From positions 128,001 to 152,425 of IMG/VR virus record IMGVR_UViG_3300010396_000003: DNA of 24,425 nt; one strand, written 5' to 3'. Source of the stretch: a virus. Lineage: Duplodnaviria > Heunggongvirae > Uroviricota > Caudoviricetes. The translations under genes were made by a program, and so were the position numbers. The notes under the pieces were generated by a model. It ran no database searches and was not told the origin of the DNA. It saw only the letters and a program-made list of their open reading frames with translations. This document shows, one piece after another, positions 8,105 to 16,216 of this stretch; positions within the stretch are counted from its first letter, which is position 1; each line of letters begins with the position of its first letter.

Positions 8105-9039
8105 GCGGCCCTACCTTTCTTTCTTTTTTTGACAGCCTCTGCTACCCGTTTCTGGATTTCTTCTTCGCGTTTCTGTCTCATGGTTTGGTGCGCTTTCTTG
8201 GCGCGAAGCGAGCCGGCGGTCATGGCGCCCCCACAGGCTTGACATTCAGTCCGAAAAGGCAGTTCGCAATTCGGATCTTCATGTTTCCAGGTCTTGTGAC
8301 ATCCGTCATTCGGACAGTTGTGTATGTGTGCTTCAACGGGCGACAGTTCCTTTGCTTTTGGGATGCCGGAACGATCGGTTCCCATAAGTAGTTCGACTTC
8401 CAACTTCATAAGGGCTGCACGGGCATTATACCCGCTCTGCTTCGCAATGTCATAAAAACTTAGAGGGTAACTTCCTCCCTCTTTGCGATAGATGCGGCGC
8501 AGGAAGTGTTCCATTTCGCCCTCGAGAGTCTCGTTTTTAAATTCCATGACCCGCGAGCGAGATACGAACCTATCTTCAAATTCCGTGATTTTATTGCAGG
8601 TAAAAACCCAAACGGTTAGTGGCGGCGATGCCGTCCTGTCAAGTTTCGAGAATAAAGCCGTGCGCGCCGCTGATGACATGGAATCCGCTTCATCGATCAA
8701 GACCAGGTGGTGCGTCCTGGCTGTACCAGCGTTTTTTCCGAAAAAGTTAAACGCACCACGATGACACATTCGTGTCACGGTATCGATAGCTTCGGCATCG
8801 CATTTTTGCGATGGAATGTGATGGAGTTCTGCATCGATTTCTTCGGCGAGAACCTGTGCCATTGTCGTCTTGCCGGTTCCAGACTCGCCAAAGAAAATAA
8901 ATGATGACGGTGTGATCGGTTTTTTGACGAAGTTTCTAAAATATTGCTTTACGGCATGGAGACCGATAAAATCATCGATCTCCCGTGGAGCGTACTTCTC
9001 GATCAGCGGCGAATCAAGGTTTAACTTAGCCTGGCTCAC
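8101..9039 (-). CDS. clamp-loader clade AAA+ ATPase (RFC/DnaX-like) with C-terminal Cys/His zinc module
   Basis: EKYAPREIDDFIG, Walker A GESGTGKT, Walker B VLIDEAD, VFTCN, SRS (SRC-like). C-terminus HNCPNDGC...CQAC followed by a basic tail. Confidence 0.85.
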   Translation of the reverse strand: MSQAKLNLDSPLIEKYAPREIDDFIGLHAVKQYFRNFVKKPITPSSFIFFGESGTGKTTMAQVLAEEIDAELHHIPSQKCDAEAIDTVTRMCHRGAFNFFGKNAGTARTHHLVLIDEADSMSSAARTALFSKLDRTASPPLTVWVFTCNKITEFEDRFVSRSRVMEFKNETLEGEMEHFLRRIYRKEGGSYPLSFYDIAKQSGYNARAALMKLEVELLMGTDRSGIPKAKELSPVEAHIHNCPNDGCHKTWKHEDPNCELPFRTECQACGGAMTAGSLRAKKAHQTMRQKREEEIQKRVAEAVKKRKKGRAA

Positions 9040-9419
9040 TCTGAATCTCCTCTATACCAGAAATTTACAAATACCGGCGTGCCTTCTTCATCTTTTGTTA
9101 CGTTGGGATGGTTTCTGTCGTCAACATCGTAATCGTAGACCTCGATCACGGTATCAACTGGAACGTTTGTGACGTTTTGAATTAGTCCGCCTTCCATAGT
9201 GATGCGGATGCGGACCGGAAACTTCTCAGCCGCGCGCCTTTCTTTGGCGCGGATTTTTTTGAGATGCTTGGTTTGTTCTACTTCCTTTCGTTCCTCTTTT
9301 TTGAGGACCGCGAGACAACGCTTGCAGGTGATTTCTCTTGTGCTGTATGTCGATCTTTTGCCCGATACTCCGCAACGAGCCGTGTGACTGCTGTTCCTGC
9401 CCACCATATGGATTGGCAT
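9036..9419 (-). CDS. hypothetical protein (H...CG...TCxxC zinc motif)
   Basis: Start taken at ATG 9419 (MPIHMVG) after GGAGGGGG. Contains TARCG...ITCKRC. Confidence 0.65.
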   Translation of the reverse strand: MPIHMVGRNSSHTARCGVSGKRSTYSTREITCKRCLAVLKKEERKEVEQTKHLKKIRAKERRAAEKFPVRIRITMEGGLIQNVTNVPVDTVIEVYDYDVDDRNHPNVTKDEEGTPVFVNFWYRGDSE

Positions 9420-10263
9420 TACCCCCTCCGTGTAATTCAAAATCAAAAGCGCTTTGTGTTGGAACTTTAACAATCGTTGCAGTATTCGGTATCTTCGGCT
9501 GCTCCGAAAAATATTCTTTGAGCGTTTCTGGTTTTTGTTCAGAGTAAAGGCGATTCAGTTTTAGCGTCCACAACCCAAGTTGATGTGCTGGCGTTTCCCA
9601 AGTCGACCAGACTTCGCCGCTAAGCGTGTTGCCGTGGATTACGACAGCCGGAATATGGAGCAAGGAAAATTGAATGTATGCCATATGCGCAAAGATAGAA
9701 CGAACATCAGTTGCGGTAATGTGCATACATTTCTGGAAATTCACATCGTGATTTTTAAGTACGGCAGCCGCAGCAATTCCCATGACGCCAGTTCCGCAGG
9801 CTGGTTCTGCGAGTGTGATAAAACCACGATGGTGTATTGGGTTATCGCCTAAGGCTATTTCAGCCATCATCTCAGCCACGTTCCACGGCGTAAACGCTAC
9901 ATCTTTGTCCATCCGAGAGCGGCCGGCGATTTCATCTGTCATATAGATTTCGCCAAGCGTGTCGTGGAAATTAAAGCAATCGCCGCGACACTCTTTATCG
10001 CTATGAATGTGCGGGCTAGTACAAGATAGCGAGTTGACCACACACGCCAGCATTTCGGCGAGTAAAGAATGTTCCTCTTTCGAGTAACGGTTAATTATTT
10101 CCAGATATCGATCCTCTCTCTCTTGCCACGGTTTATCTTTGAACTGGAGAGAATTGGCAAGTGTAATAGCTGTAATTTCAGCCCAATCCAAGAGTGCGTT
10201 GGAATGCCTGTGAGACATTTCGTGAACGATCTTTACGAATCTTTTTTGGTGGGCATCGAACAT
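9226..10263 (-). CDS. N6-adenine DNA methyltransferase-like protein (SAM-binding half; no NPPY/F motif seen)
   Basis: LGEIYM...FTPWNVAEMMA, EPACGTG (motif I), ATDV, VIHGNTLS. Probable start ATG 10263 after GGAG. The C-terminal ~64 codons overlap the next gene. Confidence 0.75.
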   Translation of the reverse strand: MFDAHQKRFVKIVHEMSHRHSNALLDWAEITAITLANSLQFKDKPWQEREDRYLEIINRYSKEEHSLLAEMLACVVNSLSCTSPHIHSDKECRGDCFNFHDTLGEIYMTDEIAGRSRMDKDVAFTPWNVAEMMAEIALGDNPIHHRGFITLAEPACGTGVMGIAAAAVLKNHDVNFQKCMHITATDVRSIFAHMAYIQFSLLHIPAVVIHGNTLSGEVWSTWETPAHQLGLWTLKLNRLYSEQKPETLKEYFSEQPKIPNTATIVKVPTQSAFDFELHGGGNANPYGGQEQQSHGSLRSIGQKIDIQHKRNHLQALSRGPQKRGTKGSRTNQASQKNPRQRKARG

Positions 10264-10462
10264 TTTTTTTGTCTCCAGGGCACATTTTAAGTTTTCCGAC
10301 AGCCATTGCCGCGCGGTCACGATCGCCATGTTGGTACATTGCCTTATGGCCGCTCGGCCTGACACACCAACTCCCGATTGGCGCATGGCAGGTTGGACAT
10401 GGAACTTCCAGTGCGGGATCGCGCGGCCAGGTCTCGCCGCAACGCGAGCAAGTTACTGTCAT
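10178..10462 (-). CDS. phage zinc-finger protein
   Basis: CSRC, CPTCHAPIGSWC...HGDR. ATGA overlap with the upstream gene. Confidence 0.7.
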   Translation of the reverse strand: MTVTCSRCGETWPRDPALEVPCPTCHAPIGSWCVRPSGHKAMYQHGDRDRAAMAVGKLKMCPGDKKNVRCPPKKIRKDRSRNVSQAFQRTLGLG

Positions 10463-10683
10463 TTGGAATTGATAAGAAGCTCGACCAGCTTACGATCTGG
10501 CATTAGCCGAATTATGGAAGCTATTTTCGCTTCCACTTGCTTGACAATTTTGAGACTGTCGATGAACTCCGGTGCTTGTTTTGCTCTATAGCTGCGCTGC
10601 TTTTTCGCCAAGCTCGCCTTGATGATTTTGGACTGTTTTTCTCGCTGTTCTTTCGTCCAGACAGACCTCTGCTGCTTCTTCAT
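10459..10683 (-). CDS. small basic protein, paralog of 10822-11001
   Basis: WTKEQREKQS...ASIIRLMPDRKLVELL. RBS GAAAGGA. Confidence 0.75.
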   Translation of the reverse strand: MKKQQRSVWTKEQREKQSKIIKASLAKKQRSYRAKQAPEFIDSLKIVKQVEAKIASIIRLMPDRKLVELLINSK

Positions 10684-10738
10684 GAGGGGTTTCCTTTCAT
10701 GTTTTTGGATTTATACCAGAGCAACTACAAAATTAAGT

Positions 10739-10814
10739 TTTTGCGCGGACGTATGGAAATTTCATCGTGTGGTGTTTCGCCGGTTGCGCTTGTTCCGCAC
10801 GCGTCCGCGCAAAA
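10739..10814. repeat. 13-bp perfect inverted repeat enclosing 50 nt
   Basis: TTTTGCGCGGACG (10739-10751) and CGTCCGCGCAAAA (10802-10814), in the intergenic gap. Confidence 0.8.
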
Positions 10815-10821
10815 TTGTGGT

Positions 10822-11001
10822 TTAGCTGACCATCTTGATAAGCTGCTTGTCCGGTAGAGCGCGAAGAAGAGAAGCCGTTAAGTGCACCAGCTTACGCTTT
10901 GGCGTGGCGATCGATACGACCGTGGCCTTACGACCACGCTTACGCCCTTTCATTAATTCGGATTGACGTTTCTTTTGTTCTTCGGTCCATGTACGTGGCA
11001 T
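10822..11001 (-). CDS. small basic protein (59 aa), paralog of 10459-10683
   Basis: Manual translation: MPRTWTEEQKKRQSELMKGRKRGRKATVVSIATPKRKLVHLTASLLRALPDKQLIKMVS. RBS AAGGGAG. Confidence 0.8.
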   Translation of the reverse strand: MPRTWTEEQKKRQSELMKGRKRGRKATVVSIATPKRKLVHLTASLLRALPDKQLIKMVS

Positions 11002-11070
11002 ACGTTAATTCTCCCTTAGTTTGTTTGCACGCCTAGCCCCAAAAAATCGCGTGCTTTTATTCTGGGCGCG

Positions 11071-11100
11071 ATTATATCAATTCCCGAATAAAATTCCCAA
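11071..11100 (-). promoter_or_regulatory. probable extended -10 promoter (TGA-TATAAT) with GGGAATT direct repeats
   Basis: Minus strand reads TTGGGAATTTTATTCGGGAATTGATATAAT in an AT-rich gap upstream of the ATG at 11001. Confidence 0.55.
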
Positions 11101-11150
11101 TTAAATTGAGCCTGTTGGTCATTTGCATAATTTTGTTGGATGATATAAAT

Positions 11151-11654
11151 CTAGGTAACTCCTCCCGTCCTGTAATGTTCAAGCGTAATATGCTTGAGAT
11201 CGGATGGTTTGCTGTCTGGTTCCCATGGGCGTTGTTTTGAACCAATATTGTCACCCGATTCGCTAACAAGACGTTCTGCAAATCCGAACGGCCAACGAAA
11301 ACCGATAATGCAGAATAAATGGTATTCGTTGCTCGTATCGACAAGACGTGATTCGGCAGGATAGAGCTCGACCGCTTCAGCTTCCGCTCCACAAATTTCG
11401 TTCTTGATCCTCTGGAAATCGCGCCAATCATGCCGCGCATTTCGTTCATGATTGTGGATAGACATGTGGATTAATTTCAGAGTGGAGTTTTCCTCTGCCT
11501 CATAGCGCCGCACGGTGACCGTATAGCGACTATTGCCCCATACCTCGAGCGGTCCCAGCTTTTCCAGTAATTCTTTTGTGGCATCAAGCGCGGCGCCGGT
11601 TGCCCTAGTTGCTGCTCCATTAGAACGGACCAATGGCGTCCAATTCGGTTTCAT
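11151..11654 (-). CDS. conserved phage hypothetical protein (DUF7694-like)
   Basis: HMSI...WRDFQRIKNEICG.E.EAVELYPAESRLVDTSNEYHLF, a motif I recognise from many phage proteins. Confidence 0.7.
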   Translation of the reverse strand: MKPNWTPLVRSNGAATRATGAALDATKELLEKLGPLEVWGNSRYTVTVRRYEAEENSTLKLIHMSIHNHERNARHDWRDFQRIKNEICGAEAEAVELYPAESRLVDTSNEYHLFCIIGFRWPFGFAERLVSESGDNIGSKQRPWEPDSKPSDLKHITLEHYRTGGVT

Positions 11655-11953
11655 TTCTGCTCACAATCGCCGCCACACATCAGTAATTGATGGTGGCAGC
11701 CTGGGCATTCTTCAATATCGCAGCCAGGGTGGTGAAACTGTCCGGGTTTTGCATTGCAATCTGGACAGCGCTTTTCTCCAAACGGCTTACTGTGTCCATA
11801 GCGCGTTTCGTCGCCATACTTCACCGGTGGCAGCGTCTTTATGACTTTTGGCGGTTTATCGCGCGAATCGGTCGCCTCATAAAACTCTACCGGCACCTCT
11901 ACGCAACCATCGGTTTTCAGCATATCCCCCTTGCATGTTGAACACGTTGACAT
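11651..11953 (-). CDS. Cys/His-rich zinc-binding hypothetical protein
   Basis: CSTC...RCPDC...HHPGCDIEECPGCHHQLLMCG. RBS AGGAG. Confidence 0.75.
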   Translation of the reverse strand: MSTCSTCKGDMLKTDGCVEVPVEFYEATDSRDKPPKVIKTLPPVKYGDETRYGHSKPFGEKRCPDCNAKPGQFHHPGCDIEECPGCHHQLLMCGGDCEQK

Positions 11954-11961
11954 GGTTTCTC

Positions 11962-12390
11962 CTAATCGATGAATCGAACCACGATGCCTTGCTTGGCAAA
12001 TAATTCGATGATTTTTGCTTCGCGTTCTGCTTCGGTGATCCGAACACCGAATTTATCGTTCCAATTATTACCCTTGCGAAAGATGGCGTCGTTAGCTTCC
12101 ATGAGAAGGCGAGCGATTTTGGAATTGGCGTCAAAATGATTTGTTGTATTTTCGCGACTAAAATCCAGGAGCCACATAACCTCGTTCGGTATCATGGCTT
12201 CATGGAAATTTTGCTGAACATCGTATAGTGATGGCTGGTCTTCAAGGAGTTCGTCCGATATACCGTGGTTCTTGCAGTAAAAACCAAGACAGCAACGTTT
12301 GCCATCTTCCCGGTAGAGTCGGCTAATGGCTCCGCCTGTTCCGCGGAGCCAGGTCTGGCGATTAATAACAAGTTCTTCTTGTTTCTTCAT
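11962..12390 (-). CDS. phage hypothetical protein (W.RG...CCLG motif)
   Basis: Start taken at ATG 12390, ATGA-coupled to the upstream gene. Contains WLRG, RCCLG and EAND. Confidence 0.7.
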   Translation of the reverse strand: MKKQEELVINRQTWLRGTGGAISRLYREDGKRCCLGFYCKNHGISDELLEDQPSLYDVQQNFHEAMIPNEVMWLLDFSRENTTNHFDANSKIARLLMEANDAIFRKGNNWNDKFGVRITEAEREAKIIELFAKQGIVVRFID

Positions 12391-12854
12391 GTCGTTACTT
12401 TCTGGAAATGATGTGATGCCGCAGCCGCGCGCTTTGCACGCGCAACCTTGACATCTTCGTGCATGTCGAACAGGTCTTTCTCGATCTGACTGGTATCCAC
12501 CTTCTTCCACTTGCGCCTCGGACCATAGAGACGCAGGATTTCTTCTCGCTGGTCAAGTTCGTAAAGATCATAGACGGCGCGGTGGCCAAGATAAGCTGCT
12601 GCCCAAAAGTCGATAATAAAGCGATCTTCGATCAAGAGAAAATCGTGACCGCCGCAGCCTTTGGCGAGTTCTCCGGGACATTCCTCTTCCCAAAAGCCAT
12701 AGATGACGCCGCCAAGAACCTTGTACGATTCCCAAGCGGCATCCGTACAAACAAAACCTTCGGGAAGTTTTAGGAGACGTTCCCATACTTCGGCAAGGTG
12801 TTTTCCGATTGGAGTATCAGATGGCGCTAACAACGTGAGTTCCTTTCTTGGCAA
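12387..12854 (-). CDS. hypothetical protein
   Basis: 155-aa ORF in the operon, with GHDFLLIEDRFIIDFW. Start uncertain. Confidence 0.6.
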   Translation of the reverse strand: MPRKELTLLAPSDTPIGKHLAEVWERLLKLPEGFVCTDAAWESYKVLGGVIYGFWEEECPGELAKGCGGHDFLLIEDRFIIDFWAAAYLGHRAVYDLYELDQREEILRLYGPRRKWKKVDTSQIEKDLFDMHEDVKVARAKRAAAASHHFQKVTT

Positions 12855-13107
12855 AACTAGCCGTAAAGGCAGTCAGTGGTCGATTGGGCTTACCATCATC
12901 CCGGACTGGACAAACCTTGCTCTGTTGACGATAGAAATGTAACGCGGCGACACCATCGTTAAACTGCATCGCCAAATCCTCATTGTTCGTGACGGTGAGG
13001 ATTCCGATTCCACGTTCATCGGTATCCGGCTGGAAAGAAACGACGAAATTTCCTATTTCTGGGCGGTTAAAACCGCCAGCGTCTACGATTAGGATTGTGT
13101 AGCTCAT
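12817..13107 (-). CDS. hypothetical protein
   Basis: Start taken at ATG 13107 (ATGA overlap with the ligase stop). Contains RDDGKPNRPLTAF. Confidence 0.65.
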   Translation of the reverse strand: MSYTILIVDAGGFNRPEIGNFVVSFQPDTDERGIGILTVTNNEDLAMQFNDGVAALHFYRQQSKVCPVRDDGKPNRPLTAFTASFAKKGTHVVSAI

Positions 13108-14204
13108 GCGGCAATCCCGGCCTTGTAGATAATTTGGTCCACGGTACAATCTTCGGCCAAGACATCAGAACGAATCGACTTCATGCGCGCCTGAACAAGG
13201 TGTCGGCCGGCGCCGCCGTAAAGATAATGCACTTCAATGACTGAGTTGATAGAGACGGTCGGCTTTCCGTTTAGCGAAACGTGTCCCACTTCCACCATCT
13301 TGCCTTGCGCGTCGTAGAGCCCGATCGCGGCGGAATTATGTCCCTTGTCGCCAATTCGAACGACAATTGCCGAAAGAGACTTGATGAATTTGAACTTCTT
13401 ATGGTTGCCACTGTTGCCGGGACGGTATGCAGCGTCGCGTCGCGCAAACACACCTCCCTCGTAGCGATGTTTTTCAAGCGCCGCAAACCCTTCTCGTTTA
13501 GCTTCGGGGGTTTCCCAGGTTGGAATGAGTGTGACGTGGCGACCGCTTGGCGGAATTAACTTTTCCAGTGCCCTGTAGCGTTTTTCGTAGGTAAGAGTGG
13601 AGAGATTCTTGCCGTTAAGACGGAGAAGATTGTAGGCAATGAAAATATTGCCGACGTGCTCGCCGCAGACAAAAAAAGTCTTCGCTTTGATCCTGTCCAG
13701 TTCGTAGACGATTTCCGAGTTTAAGGCTCCGGAGAGCGTTCCGAGTTTGTTGAAGCCAGCATACGTTCCATCGGCTCGCTTTTCGATTTGCCGAAACTGC
13801 CCGTCAGCTTTGAGTTGGAGCCAGTAGTTGGAATTATTCATATACGGTTCAATGCTGGCTACCGGAATCTCGTCCAGATCCTCAATGGGAAAAGGCGTGC
13901 GAAAGTTATCCGTCTTGTTAGAGGGAACAAGCCCGGCGCGCGCCTCAATAACAGTAGCCATTTTGCCCTTCGGCGGCTCATATCCTTCAATGGTTTTACG
14001 ATGAACAAGAGAATCGAAGACTTTCCTGGCTTGTTCGGCCGAAACGCCGCTGATTTTTGTGCCTGTTTGCAGTTTGGAGCCGCGGCGCCCGAATTGGAAG
14101 TTCACCGCAAAACCAGTTGCAACTGGCACAATTTGGATGTGATATTCCTTGTCGCTATTCTTGGCGGAGTTCTGGTAGTAAAGACTAATCGAAGTCGCGC
14201 TCAT
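13104..14204 (-). CDS. WGR-domain ATP-dependent DNA ligase
   Basis: N-terminal WGR domain (SDKEY...VNFQFGRRG...K..EGY). Ligase motifs I LKADG, III CGE, IV YEGGVF..R.AAYRPG and V KKFK, then a C-terminal OB fold (VEVGHV...IEVHYL...R....RSD). Confidence 0.85.
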   Translation of the reverse strand: MSATSISLYYQNSAKNSDKEYHIQIVPVATGFAVNFQFGRRGSKLQTGTKISGVSAEQARKVFDSLVHRKTIEGYEPPKGKMATVIEARAGLVPSNKTDNFRTPFPIEDLDEIPVASIEPYMNNSNYWLQLKADGQFRQIEKRADGTYAGFNKLGTLSGALNSEIVYELDRIKAKTFFVCGEHVGNIFIAYNLLRLNGKNLSTLTYEKRYRALEKLIPPSGRHVTLIPTWETPEAKREGFAALEKHRYEGGVFARRDAAYRPGNSGNHKKFKFIKSLSAIVVRIGDKGHNSAAIGLYDAQGKMVEVGHVSLNGKPTVSINSVIEVHYLYGGAGRHLVQARMKSIRSDVLAEDCTVDQIIYKAGIAA

Positions 14205-14261
14205 TGTTTTTTAATTCTCCTCGATGTTACTTCCACTACATGACATGGATCTCCAAACTGA

Positions 14262-14286
14262 AAGGGGAGTCTTATCGACTCCCCTT
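14262..14286 (-). terminator. intrinsic terminator-like hairpin
   Basis: 10-bp stem AAGGGGAGTC / GACTCCCCTT with a 5-nt loop, followed on the minus strand by a T-rich tail (TTTCAGTTT). Confidence 0.6.
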
Positions 14287-14392
14287 GACCGCAATATTGC
14301 CGGCGTCGCCGGTGCTTACCTTTTAGTTTTGTTTGCCGTAAATGTTGTGTTCGGTGGCATGTTTCTCCTTTCTATTTCGGCGATGGCTCTCG

Positions 14393-14716
14393 CTAACTTC
14401 TATCGCCAAGGTCGTTCAACTCGCTATATTTATCGTTAAGCAGTCCGAAAATGCGTTGTAGTTCGATATTTGCAGGTGTCGGTACGTCCTGCAAAATTTT
14501 CATGACCAAGTCGATATCGACAGCATTTAGGCGTAGGGTTGCGGTTTCAGAATCCACGAGTCGATTGAGAAGTCCCCAAACGATTCCACCGGGCTTTGCC
14601 TGTTCACGACATTTGGCGTCGTAATGTGCGCCAGCCGCCGACATTAGCATGTTGCATTCGGCGCGCGTGAATTCGATCTCTGCCAACGGAATGAGAATAA
14701 CGTTTTGAAGTTTCAT
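14393..14716 (-). CDS. hypothetical protein
   Basis: 107-aa ORF, TAATG-coupled to ku. Confidence 0.7.
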   Translation of the reverse strand: MKLQNVILIPLAEIEFTRAECNMLMSAAGAHYDAKCREQAKPGGIVWGLLNRLVDSETATLRLNAVDIDLVMKILQDVPTPANIELQRIFGLLNDKYSELNDLGDRS

Positions 14717-15555
14717 TACGCCGCAGCCTTTTTCTTCTTGGCTGGCTTTGTGGCTGGAATCGGTGTCGGCTTTACCTCTGGCTTTTTCTTGTTAACAGCC
14801 AACGATGCCCTGAGTGCTTCCATGAGATCGACAGTCGTACTGCTCTGTGTGAACTGAACCGGAGGCGGAGGCGTCACCGATTCATCCATCTTCGACGCGA
14901 TCAGTTGCGTCACCCGCTCTTGAAATTCGTTCGTAAATGTTTTCGGCTGGAAAGCCGAGGACAGGCTTTCGACCAACTGTGCGCCCATCTTGATTTCTCC
15001 CTGACTGAGCGGCGCAGCATTCAGATTGTCAAACTCAGGTACTTCCGCCACCTCGCTTGCGTACCAGAGGAAATGCAGCATGAGACCGTTTCCCTTGGGG
15101 CGAATGAGCACCAGGTTCTCGCGGTTGGATTTCGTCAGTTTGGCAAGTGCCACACGCCCGGTTGCTTCGAGAGCCTTGGCCAACAGGCTATACGGCTTGC
15201 GGCCAGCGTCTTCTGGCAGCATGTAAAACGATTCTGCCAGGTAGAGCGGGTCCACATCTTCGGCAAGCACGCAATCGGTGATTTCCATGACTTTTTCGCT
15301 CGCCGGAGCCATCGAATTGATTTCGTCGTTCGTGAGGATCACGTACTTGCCGCCAGTTTCGTAACCCTTAACCGTATTCTTACTGTCCACCTTCTCATTG
15401 CAATGCGAACAGAAGTACGGTTTGTTCAGTGGCGTGTGACATTTATCGTGAAGACTCTTGAAGTCAATCCGATCGTCGCGAGCCCCGACGTTGAGATAGA
15501 TGGGAATCGACAAAAGACCAAATTGCAGGGCACCCTTCCAGACTTTAGTTGCCAC
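14716..15555 (-). CDS. ku: Ku (non-homologous end-joining DNA-end-binding protein)
   Basis: VWKGALQFGLLSIPIYL, TVKGYE, YLAESFYMLPE, KPYSLL, TVDLMEALRASL and a Lys/Ala-rich tail are hallmarks of prokaryotic Ku. Confidence 0.95.
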   Translation of the reverse strand: MATKVWKGALQFGLLSIPIYLNVGARDDRIDFKSLHDKCHTPLNKPYFCSHCNEKVDSKNTVKGYETGGKYVILTNDEINSMAPASEKVMEITDCVLAEDVDPLYLAESFYMLPEDAGRKPYSLLAKALEATGRVALAKLTKSNRENLVLIRPKGNGLMLHFLWYASEVAEVPEFDNLNAAPLSQGEIKMGAQLVESLSSAFQPKTFTNEFQERVTQLIASKMDESVTPPPPVQFTQSSTTVDLMEALRASLAVNKKKPEVKPTPIPATKPAKKKKAAA

Positions 15556-15573
15556 GATTGTTCTCCCTTCGAA

Positions 15574-15798
15574 TTAAAATACGATGTGTTGTTGTAAAAC
15601 GGTTTGCCGTTGCCAGTCAACTAAGTAGAAATTGGTATCGGTCAGCCCCCATTTCGAATATTGACGCTCGAAGTATCCTTGTGCGACACCGGCTTCAAGG
15701 AATGAGGATTCCAATTCCGCTATCTCTGAGCCCTTATGGACTGACAAGACAGCGAAATTAAATTTCGGCGGCTTGTTGATTCGCTTTGCCGGGATCAT
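15574..15798 (-). CDS. hypothetical protein
   Basis: Start taken at ATG 15798 after GAGGA. Confidence 0.5.
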   Translation of the reverse strand: MIPAKRINKPPKFNFAVLSVHKGSEIAELESSFLEAGVAQGYFERQYSKWGLTDTNFYLVDWQRQTVLQQHIVF

Positions 15799-16054
15799 TC
15801 GGTTCCTCGATCTGAAATGAAAACGGTTCAACTTTCTTATCACCGTCGAACATCGATACGAAGTTCCTTGCTACACTGGGAAGCACGATACGAGTGTCTT
15901 GTTCGTTGACACCCACACCCTCAATAAGAATAAAACATGGACCAACCAACGCGGTCGTGAGAATACGTCTAACCGCTAAGGCTATCGGGCATTCGCGGCT
16001 GTTGCATGTCTTACCGTTTGCAATGTCTTCGGCTGTGACGGTGATGGTTATCAC
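15758..16054 (-). CDS. phage hypothetical protein (CPIALA motif)
   Basis: ITVTAEDIANG...CPIALA...FD...VEPFSF. RBS GAGGA. Confidence 0.7.
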   Translation of the reverse strand: MITITVTAEDIANGKTCNSRECPIALAVRRILTTALVGPCFILIEGVGVNEQDTRIVLPSVARNFVSMFDGDKKVEPFSFQIEEPNDPGKANQQAAEI

Positions 16055-16179
16055 TTCTGTTTCCTCGCTTTCCGCTGCCGTTTGGCATCATCTTTGGCTT
16101 GGCGTTCTTTTTTGGTCAGATGACCGTCCAGTTCTTCGCGCGGAACGTTGCGCCAGTGGCGTTCAGGATGGCGTTTCAT
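16011..16179 (-). CDS. possible small basic protein directly downstream of the solitary repeat
   Basis: ATG 16179 preceded by AAGGAAAAGGA; MKRHPERHWRNVPREELDGHLTKKN... Its 3' end overlaps the next gene and the exact stop is uncertain. Confidence 0.4.
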
Positions 16180-16216
16180 CGTATTTCCTTTTCCTTTTTA
16201 GTTTGGTTTAATTCTA

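Noticed and set aside
14905-15597. 230-aa plus-strand ORF and the other plus-strand ORFs in the track
   Set aside because: They are antisense shadows of well-supported minus-strand genes, with no recognisable motifs.
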